Shown here: piece after piece, positions 9,636 to 19,484 of the stretch
Numbering within the stretch: the first letter of the stretch is position 1
Layout of the letters: every line of letters starts with the position of its first letter
The notes under the pieces: model-generated
Told to the model about the DNA's origin: nothing
Database searches by the model: none
Seen by the model: the letters and a program-made list of their open reading frames with translations, nothing else
Assembly (NCBI GenBank): GCA_040400605.1
Contig: JBBAPZ010000004.1
Span: 158,353 to 222,352 of the forward strand
Origin: Candidatus Sericytochromatia bacterium
GTDB taxonomy: Bacteria > Cyanobacteriota > Sericytochromatia > S15B-MN24 > JAQBPE01
Direction of reading: 5' to 3'
Length of the DNA: 64,000 nt
Translations under genes and position numbers: made by a program

Positions 9636-10406
9636 TCAATACATCCACTCCGTCAGCACGTAATTCATCAATACCAAGGTGGTGCATCCAACGACTACAG
9701 CCAGGTTGATGGCGCGACTCACCCCCGCAGGGCCCGGCGCCGAATAATAGCCATAAAAACACGATACCATGCACACAATCAGCGCAAACACTTCGGCGCG
9801 CACGATACCCTTGTAAAGGTCAGATACCGTTAAAAATCGCACAACATCCGCCATGAAGACACCGGGGTTCAAGCCCAACTGGTAGACCGAGGCCAAAAAT
9901 CCGCCTCCGATGGCCGACACGATGGCAACCGCCAACAAGCCCGGCGTGACCAACAGGTGCGCGAGTACGCGTGGCACCACCAGATACCAATACGGGTTAA
10001 CGGCCATCACTTCGAGCGCATCAATTTGTTCTTTCACACGCATGGAAGCAATCGTCGCCGAAATCTCCGTCCCGGGTTTGGCGGCAAGAACCGCACCGAC
10101 AATGATCGGTGCCAGACCAATCACGGTGGACAATCCGACATATATTCCCAACATATCCTGCGCGCCGAACTGTTTGAAAATGGCGTGCCCCACCAATGCC
10201 AAATTGGCACCGATAAAAAACAGGATGCACGCCAAAATGCCAACCGTGTTCACGCCGATGCGCACACTTTGCTTGACCACTTCGCGCCATGAAGGCGATC
10301 GCCTGACGAACGCCCGCAACACCGTGACACAAAAAAAAGCCATTCGGCCAATCAGCGCCAATAAAACAACCATCGGATTCAACAGTGCATTGCTCATCTG
10401 ACCCAT
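9636..10406 (-). CDS. mlaE: MlaE-family ABC permease
   Basis: SMRVKEQIDALEVMAVNP...PRV and GPAGVSRA motifs. Start placed at ATG 10406, overlapping the upstream stop (alternative 10397). Confidence 0.9.
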   Translation of the reverse strand: MGQMSNALLNPMVVLLALIGRMAFFCVTVLRAFVRRSPSWREVVKQSVRIGVNTVGILACILFFIGANLALVGHAIFKQFGAQDMLGIYVGLSTVIGLAPIIVGAVLAAKPGTEISATIASMRVKEQIDALEVMAVNPYWYLVVPRVLAHLLVTPGLLAVAIVSAIGGGFLASVYQLGLNPGVFMADVVRFLTVSDLYKGIVRAEVFALIVCMVSCFYGYYSAPGPAGVSRAINLAVVVGCTTLVLMNYVLTEWMY

Positions 10407-11149
10407 CACGCGAAGACTTTCATGATCAATGTGGTCAAGCAGTAATTCAAAACCGCCACTGCAACGATGGACTGAACGACCGTGTTGTTGGCGGCTTGGC
10501 CCACCCCAACTGCCCCACCGCGGACATGATAACCGTAATAACACGCAATAAACGCGACGGCGCCACCGAAGACCACGCTTTTGAACAAGCCCGAATAAAT
10601 ATCCGTGATAGAGACGAAATTTAACAAATTGGCCACAAAAACACCGTAATTCTGCCCCTTCGCCAAGACTGCCACGCCCATGCCCCCTAGCATGCCAGCG
10701 ACCGTTGCGATGACACAGATAAATGGGCATACGAACGCCAACGCCAGCAACCGTGGCACAATCAGATATTTGATGGGATCCACCGACATCACGCCAAGTG
10801 CATCGATTTCCTCTTTGACCCGCATGGTGCCAACCTCACCTGCGATCGCCGATCCGGCCTGCGATGCGATCATAATCCCGGCCAAACTGGGCGCCAACTC
10901 ACGAATGATGCCTTGTGCCAACAAACTTGACAACAAACGCTCCGTGCCAAAAAGCGTCATCACCTTGAGTCCCATCAAAGCGGCAATCATGCCGGTTGGC
11001 ACCAGAATGGCCACAACCGGTATCACGCACTGATAGGCCACCCGATTGGCCGATCGCACGACCTCACGCGGATAAAACGGCGGCGACAACAAAGCCGACC
11101 CAATTTGTCCGGCAAAGTGCCACCCGTCTCGAAGTCTCGACCACTGCAC
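10406..11149 (-). CDS. mlaE: MlaE-family ABC permease
   Basis: IRELAP, GSAIAGEVGTMRVKEEIDAL, GGAVGVGQA. Confidence 0.93.
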   Translation of the reverse strand: MQWSRLRDGWHFAGQIGSALLSPPFYPREVVRSANRVAYQCVIPVVAILVPTGMIAALMGLKVMTLFGTERLLSSLLAQGIIRELAPSLAGIMIASQAGSAIAGEVGTMRVKEEIDALGVMSVDPIKYLIVPRLLALAFVCPFICVIATVAGMLGGMGVAVLAKGQNYGVFVANLLNFVSITDIYSGLFKSVVFGGAVAFIACYYGYHVRGGAVGVGQAANNTVVQSIVAVAVLNYCLTTLIMKVFA

Positions 11150-11420
11150 CCGTTAAACCCTCACCCACTTGAGACGCTACAGCTTGGCTCGCTTTGGCTG
11201 TTATACCCCATCTCAGGCGATCATGCATCGCCAAATCGCTACTGAAGGAGGTGTTCATTGGGGGAGTTGGGCAAGTCAGATTGTGACGATTGTTGGACAC
11301 ATAATCCAATCTAACCGAAGCGACTCGCCTGATTTTAAACGCTTCGCTCGGGAAAACCGGAATCATCCGCTGCTTTTACCGAAGCGTTTCACGCAGTTGT
11401 GGCTTGAACGGGCACGGATC

Positions 11421-13274
11421 TCAAGAATCTGTTTGTTCGCATTGGTTTGTTGCCGCTTCAAACGGCAGACCAAACAAACGCACCGTCGCTTGGCGCCCTT
11501 TTACCCGTACTTCGCCCAGATCCTCCGGTTCGAATGCGGTGCCGAGCAATTCCCGCGTTCGGCCGCTCAGAAGCACGTAACCCGGGTATTCCTTGGTTAG
11601 CCCTTCCAAACGCGAGGCGACGTTGATCGCATCCCCAATGACGCCAAATTCCATCTTTTTGGGTGATCCCAAATTGCCCACAACGGCATCACCGGTGTTG
11701 AGACCGATACCGATGTCGATTCGTGGAAAGCCTTGCGCTTGCCAAGCAGCACGACACTGCGCAAGCCGGGCCTGCATGCCAATCGCCGCGCGGGCCGCAC
11801 GATTCGCCCCCTCTTGTGGTGACAGGCGCTCGACATTGCCCCATACCGCGAGAATCGCATCGCCGATGTATTTGTCAATGCACCCGCCTGATTCCAGAAT
11901 GACATCGGCCATTTCGGTGAGATAAACGTTTAAAAAACGCACGACCTCTTCTGGGCTGTGTGCCTCGGATATCGTGGTAAAACTGCGAATGTCTGAAAAC
12001 AACACGGTCACCTCGCGCCGCTCTCCACCCAAATTTGGCAACATATCAGGGGATTTGAGGATGTGCTCCACAATCTGGCTGGATACGTAACGCTCGAAGG
12101 TTTGCCGCAACTCACGCCTGGCTGCCTCCGAACGCAAGAGGTGGATCACCAGGTTCCAAACGTAAACCGTCAGCAAAAGCCCCACCGGCGCGATAAAGTC
12201 GAACCACAAGCCAAAAGATGAGAACGCCACGGCGCTGAGCGTCACAACCAACGCAGCCAGGGTTAGACCAATCAACAAAGCGCTTCGAGGACGCAAGCTG
12301 GCAAACAATGGCCCAAGCAGCATCCCCAGTATCAGCAACACAGCGGCTTGACTTCGCAGCGGCAGTTCCCGAATGGGATCGTTGGCCAGTCGGGTGGCGA
12401 TCGCATTGGCATGTATCTCAACGCCCGGCATGTACGACGCCGCTCCCTCGCCCGTCACGGTCGCTGTATACGGTGTCGGATACAGGTCCTGTAACCGTGT
12501 CGAGGCCGCGCCCACCAACACCACCTGCCCCCTAAAAAGCGCCAGGCGCGCGTCGTGCCCTTGACGGATGGCATCCAATACGGCAGACAGTGACGCACTC
12601 GGGAAAGTTCCACCGGGTCCCCGGTAATGAATCAACCAAGGTGCCCAATCTTCACGCTTGGCAAGTGGAAACCCCTGTTTTTGGGCCAAGCGGGCGACCA
12701 CCTCATCAAACGATGGTTTCCAAACCATTTCCGTTGGCCGATCCGGCCGCACGCACGCAAAACGCCGCGCCATCCGATGAATGGCGCCATCCGCATCCAG
12801 TTGAAAATTGACAATCCCGCTCGCCGCCACCGCGTGCAAGCCGGGTGTCGGTTCTACCAAGCTATGGCTTGACATGCCTGCATGCCCCAGGGGCTGTATA
12901 TTGGCTGCCAATACCACGTGATTGGGATGACGCGTCAAGGCTCCAATCAAGCGCGCATCATCAGGCGTGGATTCTGCGAACGCAATGTCAAAGGCAACCA
13001 CGTGCGCGCCGGCACGCATCAAACCATCCACCAGCGAGGCGTAGGTCCGGCGCGGCAGCGGCCAACGCCCCAAATCTTCCAATGTCGCCTCATCGATGAG
13101 CACCAACGCAACGGGCGCACCCGGTGCAACCGGCCCCCGCCACTCATACAGCCAGTGATAACCCCACCACGAACTTCGGGCAAGCACACCCGTTGCAACC
13201 AAAGCAAGCCACACGGCGCCTATCACAAGCCCCGCGGCACCTGACCGGAGCCACGCACCGTTTAAGTGCCTCAT
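11421..13274 (-). CDS. CHASE2-domain class III adenylate/guanylate cyclase
   Basis: CHASE2 (IDEATL..LGRWPLPR, AFDIAF, DADG, PGVEIHA), 3 TM segments, then cyclase motifs VLFSDIRSFT, DKYIGD and IGDAINVASRLEG. Start ATG 13274 or TTG 13298. Confidence 0.93.
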   Translation of the reverse strand: MRHLNGAWLRSGAAGLVIGAVWLALVATGVLARSSWWGYHWLYEWRGPVAPGAPVALVLIDEATLEDLGRWPLPRRTYASLVDGLMRAGAHVVAFDIAFAESTPDDARLIGALTRHPNHVVLAANIQPLGHAGMSSHSLVEPTPGLHAVAASGIVNFQLDADGAIHRMARRFACVRPDRPTEMVWKPSFDEVVARLAQKQGFPLAKREDWAPWLIHYRGPGGTFPSASLSAVLDAIRQGHDARLALFRGQVVLVGAASTRLQDLYPTPYTATVTGEGAASYMPGVEIHANAIATRLANDPIRELPLRSQAAVLLILGMLLGPLFASLRPRSALLIGLTLAALVVTLSAVAFSSFGLWFDFIAPVGLLLTVYVWNLVIHLLRSEAARRELRQTFERYVSSQIVEHILKSPDMLPNLGGERREVTVLFSDIRSFTTISEAHSPEEVVRFLNVYLTEMADVILESGGCIDKYIGDAILAVWGNVERLSPQEGANRAARAAIGMQARLAQCRAAWQAQGFPRIDIGIGLNTGDAVVGNLGSPKKMEFGVIGDAINVASRLEGLTKEYPGYVLLSGRTRELLGTAFEPEDLGEVRVKGRQATVRLFGLPFEAATNQCEQTDS

Positions 13275-13294
13275 TACAGTTGACCCAGTATCGA

Positions 13295-14695
13295 TCAAGG
13301 CGTTGACGTGTTGCGCTGAGCCAAGCGGCTATGCCGCACGCCGTATGAAAAATAACAAACAATGCCGATGACTGACCAAATGGCGAACAGTTTCCACGTC
13401 TGTGGCGATAAACTAAGCATCATCCAACTGCACGAAAACACGGTGAAACCGGCCACCAGCGGCAGCAATGGCGAGCGAAAGCCACGCTTCAGTTCTGGCT
13501 CCTGAATGCGCAACAACCACACCCCGATCGCCACCACGATGAAAGCGGATAAAGTACCGATGTTGGTCATCTCCGCTATCTCATCCAGACGCAAAAATCC
13601 GGTGATGAGTGCAACCGCCACACCGTTGATCAGCGTGGCCAACCAAGGCGTGCAGAATCGGGGATGAACCTGACTGAACACCGACGGCAAGAGGCCATCA
13701 CGCGCCATCGCAAACCAGATGCGCGGCATGCCCATCATCAAGACCATGATGACACTGGTCAGCCCAAAAATTGCACCAAATGAAATGAGCGCGGACCACT
13801 TCGCCTCGCCGACCGCAGCGAGTGCGCGTGCCAGCGGCGCAGCATCATTCAGGACCGTGTAAGGCACCATGCCTGTCATAACCGCTGCCACCACGATGTA
13901 GAAAACCGTGCAGACAACCAGCGACATCAAGATTCCCAGCGGCAAGTCACGCTGGGGGTTGCGAGACTCTTCGGCTGTCGTCGCGACGGCATCAAAACCG
14001 ATGTACGCAAAAAAGATCAGCGCTCCCCCCGTGACCACGCCCTGAAACCCAAATGGCATAAAAGGTTGCCAATTGGCAGGCTGAACGTGCGGCAATGCGA
14101 CGAGGACAAAAAGCAGCAACACCCCAATCTTTAAGGCCACGAACGCGCTGTTGACCCGCACGCTTTCTCGGACGCCGATAACGAGCAACGCGGTGACCAC
14201 CAAGGCAATGATTGCAGCAGGCAAATTGACGTAACCGGGGTTCACGCTTTCAAGCGGGGAACGCGTCAGCGCATCGGGTAGTCCCAAATTCAACTGATGT
14301 AAAATCTTGTTAAGGTACCCGGACCATCCACTGGCCACGGCGGCACTGGCAACGGTATATTCCAACACCAAAAACCACCCGATCATCCATGCCGGAAACT
14401 CTCCCATTGTCGTGTAAGTGTAAGCGTAGGCACTGCCAGCAGCAGGAATCATCGAGGCCAGTTCCGCATAACACAAAGCGGCACACAGACACGCCAGACC
14501 GACCAACACGAACGACAGCATAATGCCGGGACCGGCCACTTGCGCACCTTTGCCAGCGATGACAAAAATGCCTGCGCCGATGATGGCCCCGATACCCAGA
14601 ATCGTGAGGTCAAAAGCCCCTAACGATCGTTTGAGCCCACTGTCTTGAGCACCATTACAATCAATGGGCTTGCGCTTGAACATTTGCTGCCACAT
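13295..14695 (-). CDS. APC-family amino acid permease (cationic amino acid transporter type)
   Basis: GIGAIIGAGIF, LCYAELAS, GSAYAY, FFAYIGFDAV, AEESRNPQRDLP. Start placed at MWQQMFKRK. Confidence 0.95.
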   Translation of the reverse strand: MWQQMFKRKPIDCNGAQDSGLKRSLGAFDLTILGIGAIIGAGIFVIAGKGAQVAGPGIMLSFVLVGLACLCAALCYAELASMIPAAGSAYAYTYTTMGEFPAWMIGWFLVLEYTVASAAVASGWSGYLNKILHQLNLGLPDALTRSPLESVNPGYVNLPAAIIALVVTALLVIGVRESVRVNSAFVALKIGVLLLFVLVALPHVQPANWQPFMPFGFQGVVTGGALIFFAYIGFDAVATTAEESRNPQRDLPLGILMSLVVCTVFYIVVAAVMTGMVPYTVLNDAAPLARALAAVGEAKWSALISFGAIFGLTSVIMVLMMGMPRIWFAMARDGLLPSVFSQVHPRFCTPWLATLINGVAVALITGFLRLDEIAEMTNIGTLSAFIVVAIGVWLLRIQEPELKRGFRSPLLPLVAGFTVFSCSWMMLSLSPQTWKLFAIWSVIGIVCYFSYGVRHSRLAQRNTSTP

Positions 14696-14848
14696 GCCTG
14701 TCAATCCTTTCCCCCGCCTGGCTGAACCCAAGTATTCTAACCGGTTCCTGCCGAGGCGTGTTAACGCGCGCAGCAATCTCACTGGCTGGCCACGTTATGT
14801 TATGATGGTGCAGCGTGTTGGTAGTGACAGACGCAAGAGGGTGTTTTT

Positions 14849-15265
14849 ATGGAACGCGATCGCCTGATTTATGAAACTGCCGTGCAATTGTCTGATGCTG
14901 CGGGGTTGGTGTCACGCTGCAGCAAGCCGTGTGTATTGGATGACTCGATGCGCAAGCGCCTCTTTGAGACGGCAGCAGTTTTACACGAATTCGGGCTCGC
15001 GCAGCGCGGCGCAAGCGGTGCCTGGCGATTGCAAGGGGTTGCCTTGACGCTTCAGGAACAGATGGGGGCTTTATGCAACCAGGCGGACTTGATAGAATGG
15101 ATTGGCAGAGCTGAAACCGCCTTGGCCATGCTTGCTCAAACGGAGCCTCATCCGAGCAATTTGGTCTGGCATCCCGCCCATTTGGCGTGGCTTGAGGAAT
15201 TTCTGCTTGATTGTTGCCATCATCTCTTGCGTGCAGTGGTCACGCAACGGCACGCCCCTCGCTGA
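14849..15265 (+). CDS. hypothetical protein (138 aa, probably helical)
   Basis: ATG preceded by GAGG. Fills the gap divergent from the permease. No motif recognised. Confidence 0.55.
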   Translation: MERDRLIYETAVQLSDAAGLVSRCSKPCVLDDSMRKRLFETAAVLHEFGLAQRGASGAWRLQGVALTLQEQMGALCNQADLIEWIGRAETALAMLAQTEPHPSNLVWHPAHLAWLEEFLLDCCHHLLRAVVTQRHAPR

Positions 15266-15282
15266 CCGGGAAGTGATTCAAA

Positions 15283-15633
15283 ATGCACGAACAAACGCCG
15301 CCCAACGATACCTTTGTGATACCGGAATCTGACGGCGCGCTTGAACAACCGGTGGTTGACACACCTATCGAGGGTGATGAACGGTTGCAACGCGCGTCGC
15401 GACCGTTTGAAAATGTCAAAGGCATTCATCCTGAGTTGTTGTGTCAATGTCCGGAGTGCGAGCCTGAACACGTCGAACTGCAGTGGTTTTCGCCTGAAGA
15501 GGTCCGTAAGCAGAAGGGTGATGCGATGCTCTATTGTCAGCGCAGCAGTCGCAAGTACTTTACGCCGATCCTTGACCTGAATCGTTGGCTGGCCAGTCGG
15601 GCACCTGTTAGCCGGCGTCGAACCAAGGACTGA
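15283..15633 (+). CDS. hypothetical protein with CxCxxC motif (possible Zn-binding)
   Basis: 17 nt after the previous ORF. Acidic N-terminus, then LLCQCPECEPEH...LYCQRSSRKYF. Confidence 0.65.
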   Translation: MHEQTPPNDTFVIPESDGALEQPVVDTPIEGDERLQRASRPFENVKGIHPELLCQCPECEPEHVELQWFSPEEVRKQKGDAMLYCQRSSRKYFTPILDLNRWLASRAPVSRRRTKD

Positions 15634-15634
15634 A

Positions 15635-17956
15635 TCACCCTTCGATCAGCACTTTGATCGGGCCACCGCTCTTGCTCATGACACGCGCGCTCGTCACGCC
15701 TGATGCTTGCACAAATTGAAGATCCAAGGTGCTGTCGCCCACTCGTAGACCGTTCAGGTTCAAGCGATTCAGCCAATTTGGCAGTGTTGGCTTTTTGATG
15801 ATCAACTGCCGCTTCGCGGCATCAGGACACAAACCCAAGATACTTTGCAACAGCAGAAAGCTCGCGCCTGACGCCCACGCTTGTGGTGCACAGGCGACTG
15901 GGTAGGGCACGGGCCGATCCAGTTCACCACTTCTTGGAAAGCCGCAGAACAGCTCGGGCAAGCGGTAATAGGGGAACTGAAGGGCCGCTTGATACAGCGA
16001 TTCCATGAGGCACAACGCCTCATAAACGTAACCGTGCTGGGAGAGGCCTTTTGCAATGAGACTGTTGTCGTGTGGCCAAACCGAGCCGTTGTGGTAAGAC
16101 AAGGGGTTATAGGGGGGCATCGCTGCACTCATGGTCCGGATGCCCCAACCGCTGAACATATCGGGGCCCAGCAATTGTGCAACAAGGGTACGCACGCGCT
16201 CCGGCGCGATAATACCGCTCCACAGGCAGTGTCCCACGTTGGAGCCAAGGGTTTTGATGGGGCGTTTGTTACCATCGAGTGCCAAGGCGTAAAAGTTGTG
16301 ATCTGGCAGCCAAAAGGTTTCATTAAAGGCTTGTTTGAGGGCCTCGGCTTCACGGAGCAGGCGATCGCCCATCACCCGCAGGTCCAATACGTCGCATAAT
16401 TCGGCCATGCGCCGCTTGGCATCATAAACGTACCCTTGGACTTCAATCACGGCGACCGGTGGTCGCGCGATCGCAAAGTCGGGCCCGATATTGCTCTTGA
16501 CTGAGTCTTTCCAGCAATGATTCAGCAAACCCAGTTTGGAACGCGTCGCATACTCCAAAAAACCATCGCCATCTTGATCCCCATAGGCATCAATCCACAT
16601 GAGTGCCTGTTCAATGGCTTCCCACAGTTCTTTGACGAATGCCAGATCACCCGTCCATCGGTAGGTCTCGGAGACCAGGATCAAAAACAACGGTGTGGCA
16701 TCGATGGTACCAAAGTAGGGTGAATGGGGCACCTCGCGCAGTTGTGCGAGTTCCCCGAAACGCACTTCATGCAAAATTTTGCCGGGTTCTTCGTCCCGAA
16801 AATCATCGAGGTTTCGACCTTGCCTGTGTGCCAGGTAACGCAAGGTGCCCTTGGCCAGTTCAGGGCCGAGCAACAAACTTTGATAGGCGGTGATCAATGC
16901 ATCTCGACCGAATGGACAGGCGTACCAAGGGATCCCTGCCATCACGTAGGGACCGGTATCCGGCAAAACGGCCGTCAAGCAGTCCAGATCCGTCAGGCTG
17001 CGCTGCAAGACCAGGTTGTAAATTTCGTTGTCACTCACCAGGTGGGTATACGTCTCGCGCCGGCGCGTCTGGTCACATGAAAGGCGCTGGCTCAAGGATC
17101 GAAACAAAGGTCTGGAAGCCTCTTGCGCTGCCACCTCCTCATCCCCCTGCAACGTCAACACCCAGAATTCAAGGGCTGCCTGCCCGCCTCCTGCACCCAC
17201 GTGAAGGCGAAACACCACTTCCGCGCCGGTAAAACCTGCTCCTTCCGCAATAACCAGCGTTTCAGGATTACGGTCAAACCCGATGCGTGTCTGTCGCAAG
17301 GCGCCGTCCAATCCCAGATAGCCCAAGACGACGCGCTGTGCGTCGAGAACGACGGGCTGAAACTCGCCCCGCTTGGGCCGTTGTCCGCCCCGGACTTCAA
17401 ACATGTCCGCAAAGTCAGCCGTGAACGTCAGTTTCAGCGACAAACTCAGCGGAAAAGGGTTGTAATTAACCAATACCAACCGCTCGCAGATACGTTCGGC
17501 AATCAAGCGACTGCATGATAAATGCAGGCTCTCCTGTGGAACCAAGGTACCGTCATCCAAAATCAAATGCCCGTTCATGAATTCAACCTGAGACAGGTAG
17601 TTCTTCTCGGTGGATGACGACAACAGGGTCAAATTCGAATGTTCCAGTTGCATCAACCAACCATTCAAATGGCGCGTATCTGACCGATACAGACCCGTGC
17701 CGCAATGACAATCGCGATACAGGCGACCGTCGAGATCCGATACCACAAACAACCAATCTTGCTTGATGACCTGTCGACCGTGACGACAAGATTCCAATAA
17801 CGCCGGCAAGCCGCCCTGCAAGAGCTTGTCCAGTCCGCCACCGGGGTCGTCCGCACGATGGCCCAAGCCGGCATCGTCAGAGCCTGTCGCGCCACTATCC
17901 ACACGCCAACCCTCCCGATCACCATCCGCATTTGCGCATCCTAATCGGGACTGCAA
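15635..17956 (-). CDS. amylo-alpha-1,6-glucosidase / glycogen-debranching family glycoside hydrolase
   Basis: GLYRSDTRHL, ADFADMFEVRG, AGIPWYACPFGRD, EEPGKILHE, WKDS, YHNGSVWPHD, RLPELFCG, PQAWA. Exact start uncertain. Confidence 0.92.
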   Translation of the reverse strand: MQSRLGCANADGDREGWRVDSGATGSDDAGLGHRADDPGGGLDKLLQGGLPALLESCRHGRQVIKQDWLFVVSDLDGRLYRDCHCGTGLYRSDTRHLNGWLMQLEHSNLTLLSSSTEKNYLSQVEFMNGHLILDDGTLVPQESLHLSCSRLIAERICERLVLVNYNPFPLSLSLKLTFTADFADMFEVRGGQRPKRGEFQPVVLDAQRVVLGYLGLDGALRQTRIGFDRNPETLVIAEGAGFTGAEVVFRLHVGAGGGQAALEFWVLTLQGDEEVAAQEASRPLFRSLSQRLSCDQTRRRETYTHLVSDNEIYNLVLQRSLTDLDCLTAVLPDTGPYVMAGIPWYACPFGRDALITAYQSLLLGPELAKGTLRYLAHRQGRNLDDFRDEEPGKILHEVRFGELAQLREVPHSPYFGTIDATPLFLILVSETYRWTGDLAFVKELWEAIEQALMWIDAYGDQDGDGFLEYATRSKLGLLNHCWKDSVKSNIGPDFAIARPPVAVIEVQGYVYDAKRRMAELCDVLDLRVMGDRLLREAEALKQAFNETFWLPDHNFYALALDGNKRPIKTLGSNVGHCLWSGIIAPERVRTLVAQLLGPDMFSGWGIRTMSAAMPPYNPLSYHNGSVWPHDNSLIAKGLSQHGYVYEALCLMESLYQAALQFPYYRLPELFCGFPRSGELDRPVPYPVACAPQAWASGASFLLLQSILGLCPDAAKRQLIIKKPTLPNWLNRLNLNGLRVGDSTLDLQFVQASGVTSARVMSKSGGPIKVLIEG

Positions 17957-18034
17957 TCATTTGACAACACTGGCTTTTATGCTCAGACACGCTCGAAGGC
18001 ACCAAGTCCGCTTGACCGCCCCTTGGTTTCAAAC

Positions 18035-18143
18035 CGCCATCCGGTGACACATCGGCTCTATTCAAAAATTGTGTGGCAAACTCAAAACATCAGGCCTAGA
18101 CGTGTTGCCCTTCACCAACAGCCAAAACTTGATCACCAATCAG
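18035..18143 (+). repeat. dispersed intergenic repeat, copy B
   Basis: cgccatccggtgacacatcggctctaTTCAAAaattgtgtggcaaaCTCAAAACATCAGG...accAACAGCCAAAActtgATCACCAATC. Confidence 0.7.
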
Positions 18144-18222
18144 CGCCTGCCAGCGTGGGTATACTGCAAACACCTTGCTCCGGTTGTTTGGGTGGTGGCT
18201 CGTCCCACAGTTGGTGCCCGTT

Positions 18223-19410
18223 TCAATCCGTGAGAAACGCTGTAAACACCTCGTTGGCAAGGGGCAAGCCCGCCGGGCTCAAGACCAGGTGTTCGCCACG
18301 CCATTCAAGCAAGCCGCGGTCGATGTAACGGGCAATGACGGAACCGTAGCGGGTTTGCAGTTCAATCCCGAAGCGCTGCGCAAAGCGGGAGGTGCTGACG
18401 CCTTCGCGTGTCATCCGCAGTCCCAAAAACATGACATCTTCCATTTCTTCATCCACGGACTGCGGCGCGGGTTGCTTGGGCGGATCCCCAGCCTGAATCG
18501 CTTGAACATACTGGGTGATGGTTGCCGGATTGGACCAACGAATGCGGTTAAGGTAGCTATGTGCGCCTGAACCCAAGCCCAGCCACGGTTCATTAAACCA
18601 GTACACCTGATTGTGCCGGCTTTCGTGACCTGGCAGCGCCCAGTTGGAGATTTCGTACTGGCAGTAGCCCTGGGCTGTCAGCATGTCGTGGGCGAGACCC
18701 GCCATCTCCTGTTCCAATTCATCGGTTGGCAGGTGCAAACGTCCCTGTCTTTGCCACGCTTCAAAAGGCGTGTGCGGTTCGACAATCAGGCTGTAGGCTG
18801 ACAGGTGGGGCACGCCCAAGGCGATCGCCCGTTCCAGCGTGGTACGCCACTGCGCAAGCGTCTGACCGGGCAGGCCATACATGAGGTCAATGCTGCCATT
18901 GGTAAAGCCAGCCTGCTGGAAAGCCGCCACCGCACGCGTGACATCCCCTGAGCGATGGATGCGCCCCAAGGTCTCAAGCAAGCCATCATCAAAGGACTGC
19001 ACCCCCAAACTGATCCGGTTGATGCCCATCAAGCGATACGCAGCCCAAGCACTCGTATCACTGCTGTCATGCAGGCGTTCATGACCCGGATTGGCCTCCA
19101 TCGTCACTTCGATGCCGTCCTCCCAGTCGAAACGCTCCCGTAAGGCATCCATGACGGCCTGCATCCATTCCTGCGGCAGATAAGAGGGGGTCCCGCCGCC
19201 CAGAAAAATGCTGCGCACTTTCAAACGAGGAGCCGCCAGAATCTCCTCCAGCAAGGCATCCTTGTAAGCAGCCATGAGATGATCCTGTCCCGCATAGGAC
19301 GGAAAATCACAGTAATGGCACTTTCGAGCACAGAATGGAAAGTGGACATAAAGGCCCACCGCCGGAAACAGCTCGGTGTGGTTCGGTACACTGGAAGCAG
19401 CAACAATCAT
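18223..19410 (-). CDS. hemW: radical SAM heme chaperone HemW (HemN-like)
   Basis: LYVHFPFCARKCHYCDF, GGGTPS, RISLGVQSF, YEISNWA, HNQVYW. Confidence 0.93.
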   Translation of the reverse strand: MIVAASSVPNHTELFPAVGLYVHFPFCARKCHYCDFPSYAGQDHLMAAYKDALLEEILAAPRLKVRSIFLGGGTPSYLPQEWMQAVMDALRERFDWEDGIEVTMEANPGHERLHDSSDTSAWAAYRLMGINRISLGVQSFDDGLLETLGRIHRSGDVTRAVAAFQQAGFTNGSIDLMYGLPGQTLAQWRTTLERAIALGVPHLSAYSLIVEPHTPFEAWQRQGRLHLPTDELEQEMAGLAHDMLTAQGYCQYEISNWALPGHESRHNQVYWFNEPWLGLGSGAHSYLNRIRWSNPATITQYVQAIQAGDPPKQPAPQSVDEEMEDVMFLGLRMTREGVSTSRFAQRFGIELQTRYGSVIARYIDRGLLEWRGEHLVLSPAGLPLANEVFTAFLTD

Positions 19411-19484
19411 GAAACCATTTTAACCCCTTTATGCCATCAAAGGGACGCCTGAATGCGATTCTGGCAACCCTTTGTCCCTAGTTG

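Noticed and set aside
10407..10730. N-terminal extension of the 364-aa ORF 9636..10730
   Set aside because: It overlaps the upstream mlaE in another frame. MlaE similarity starts only near 10406.
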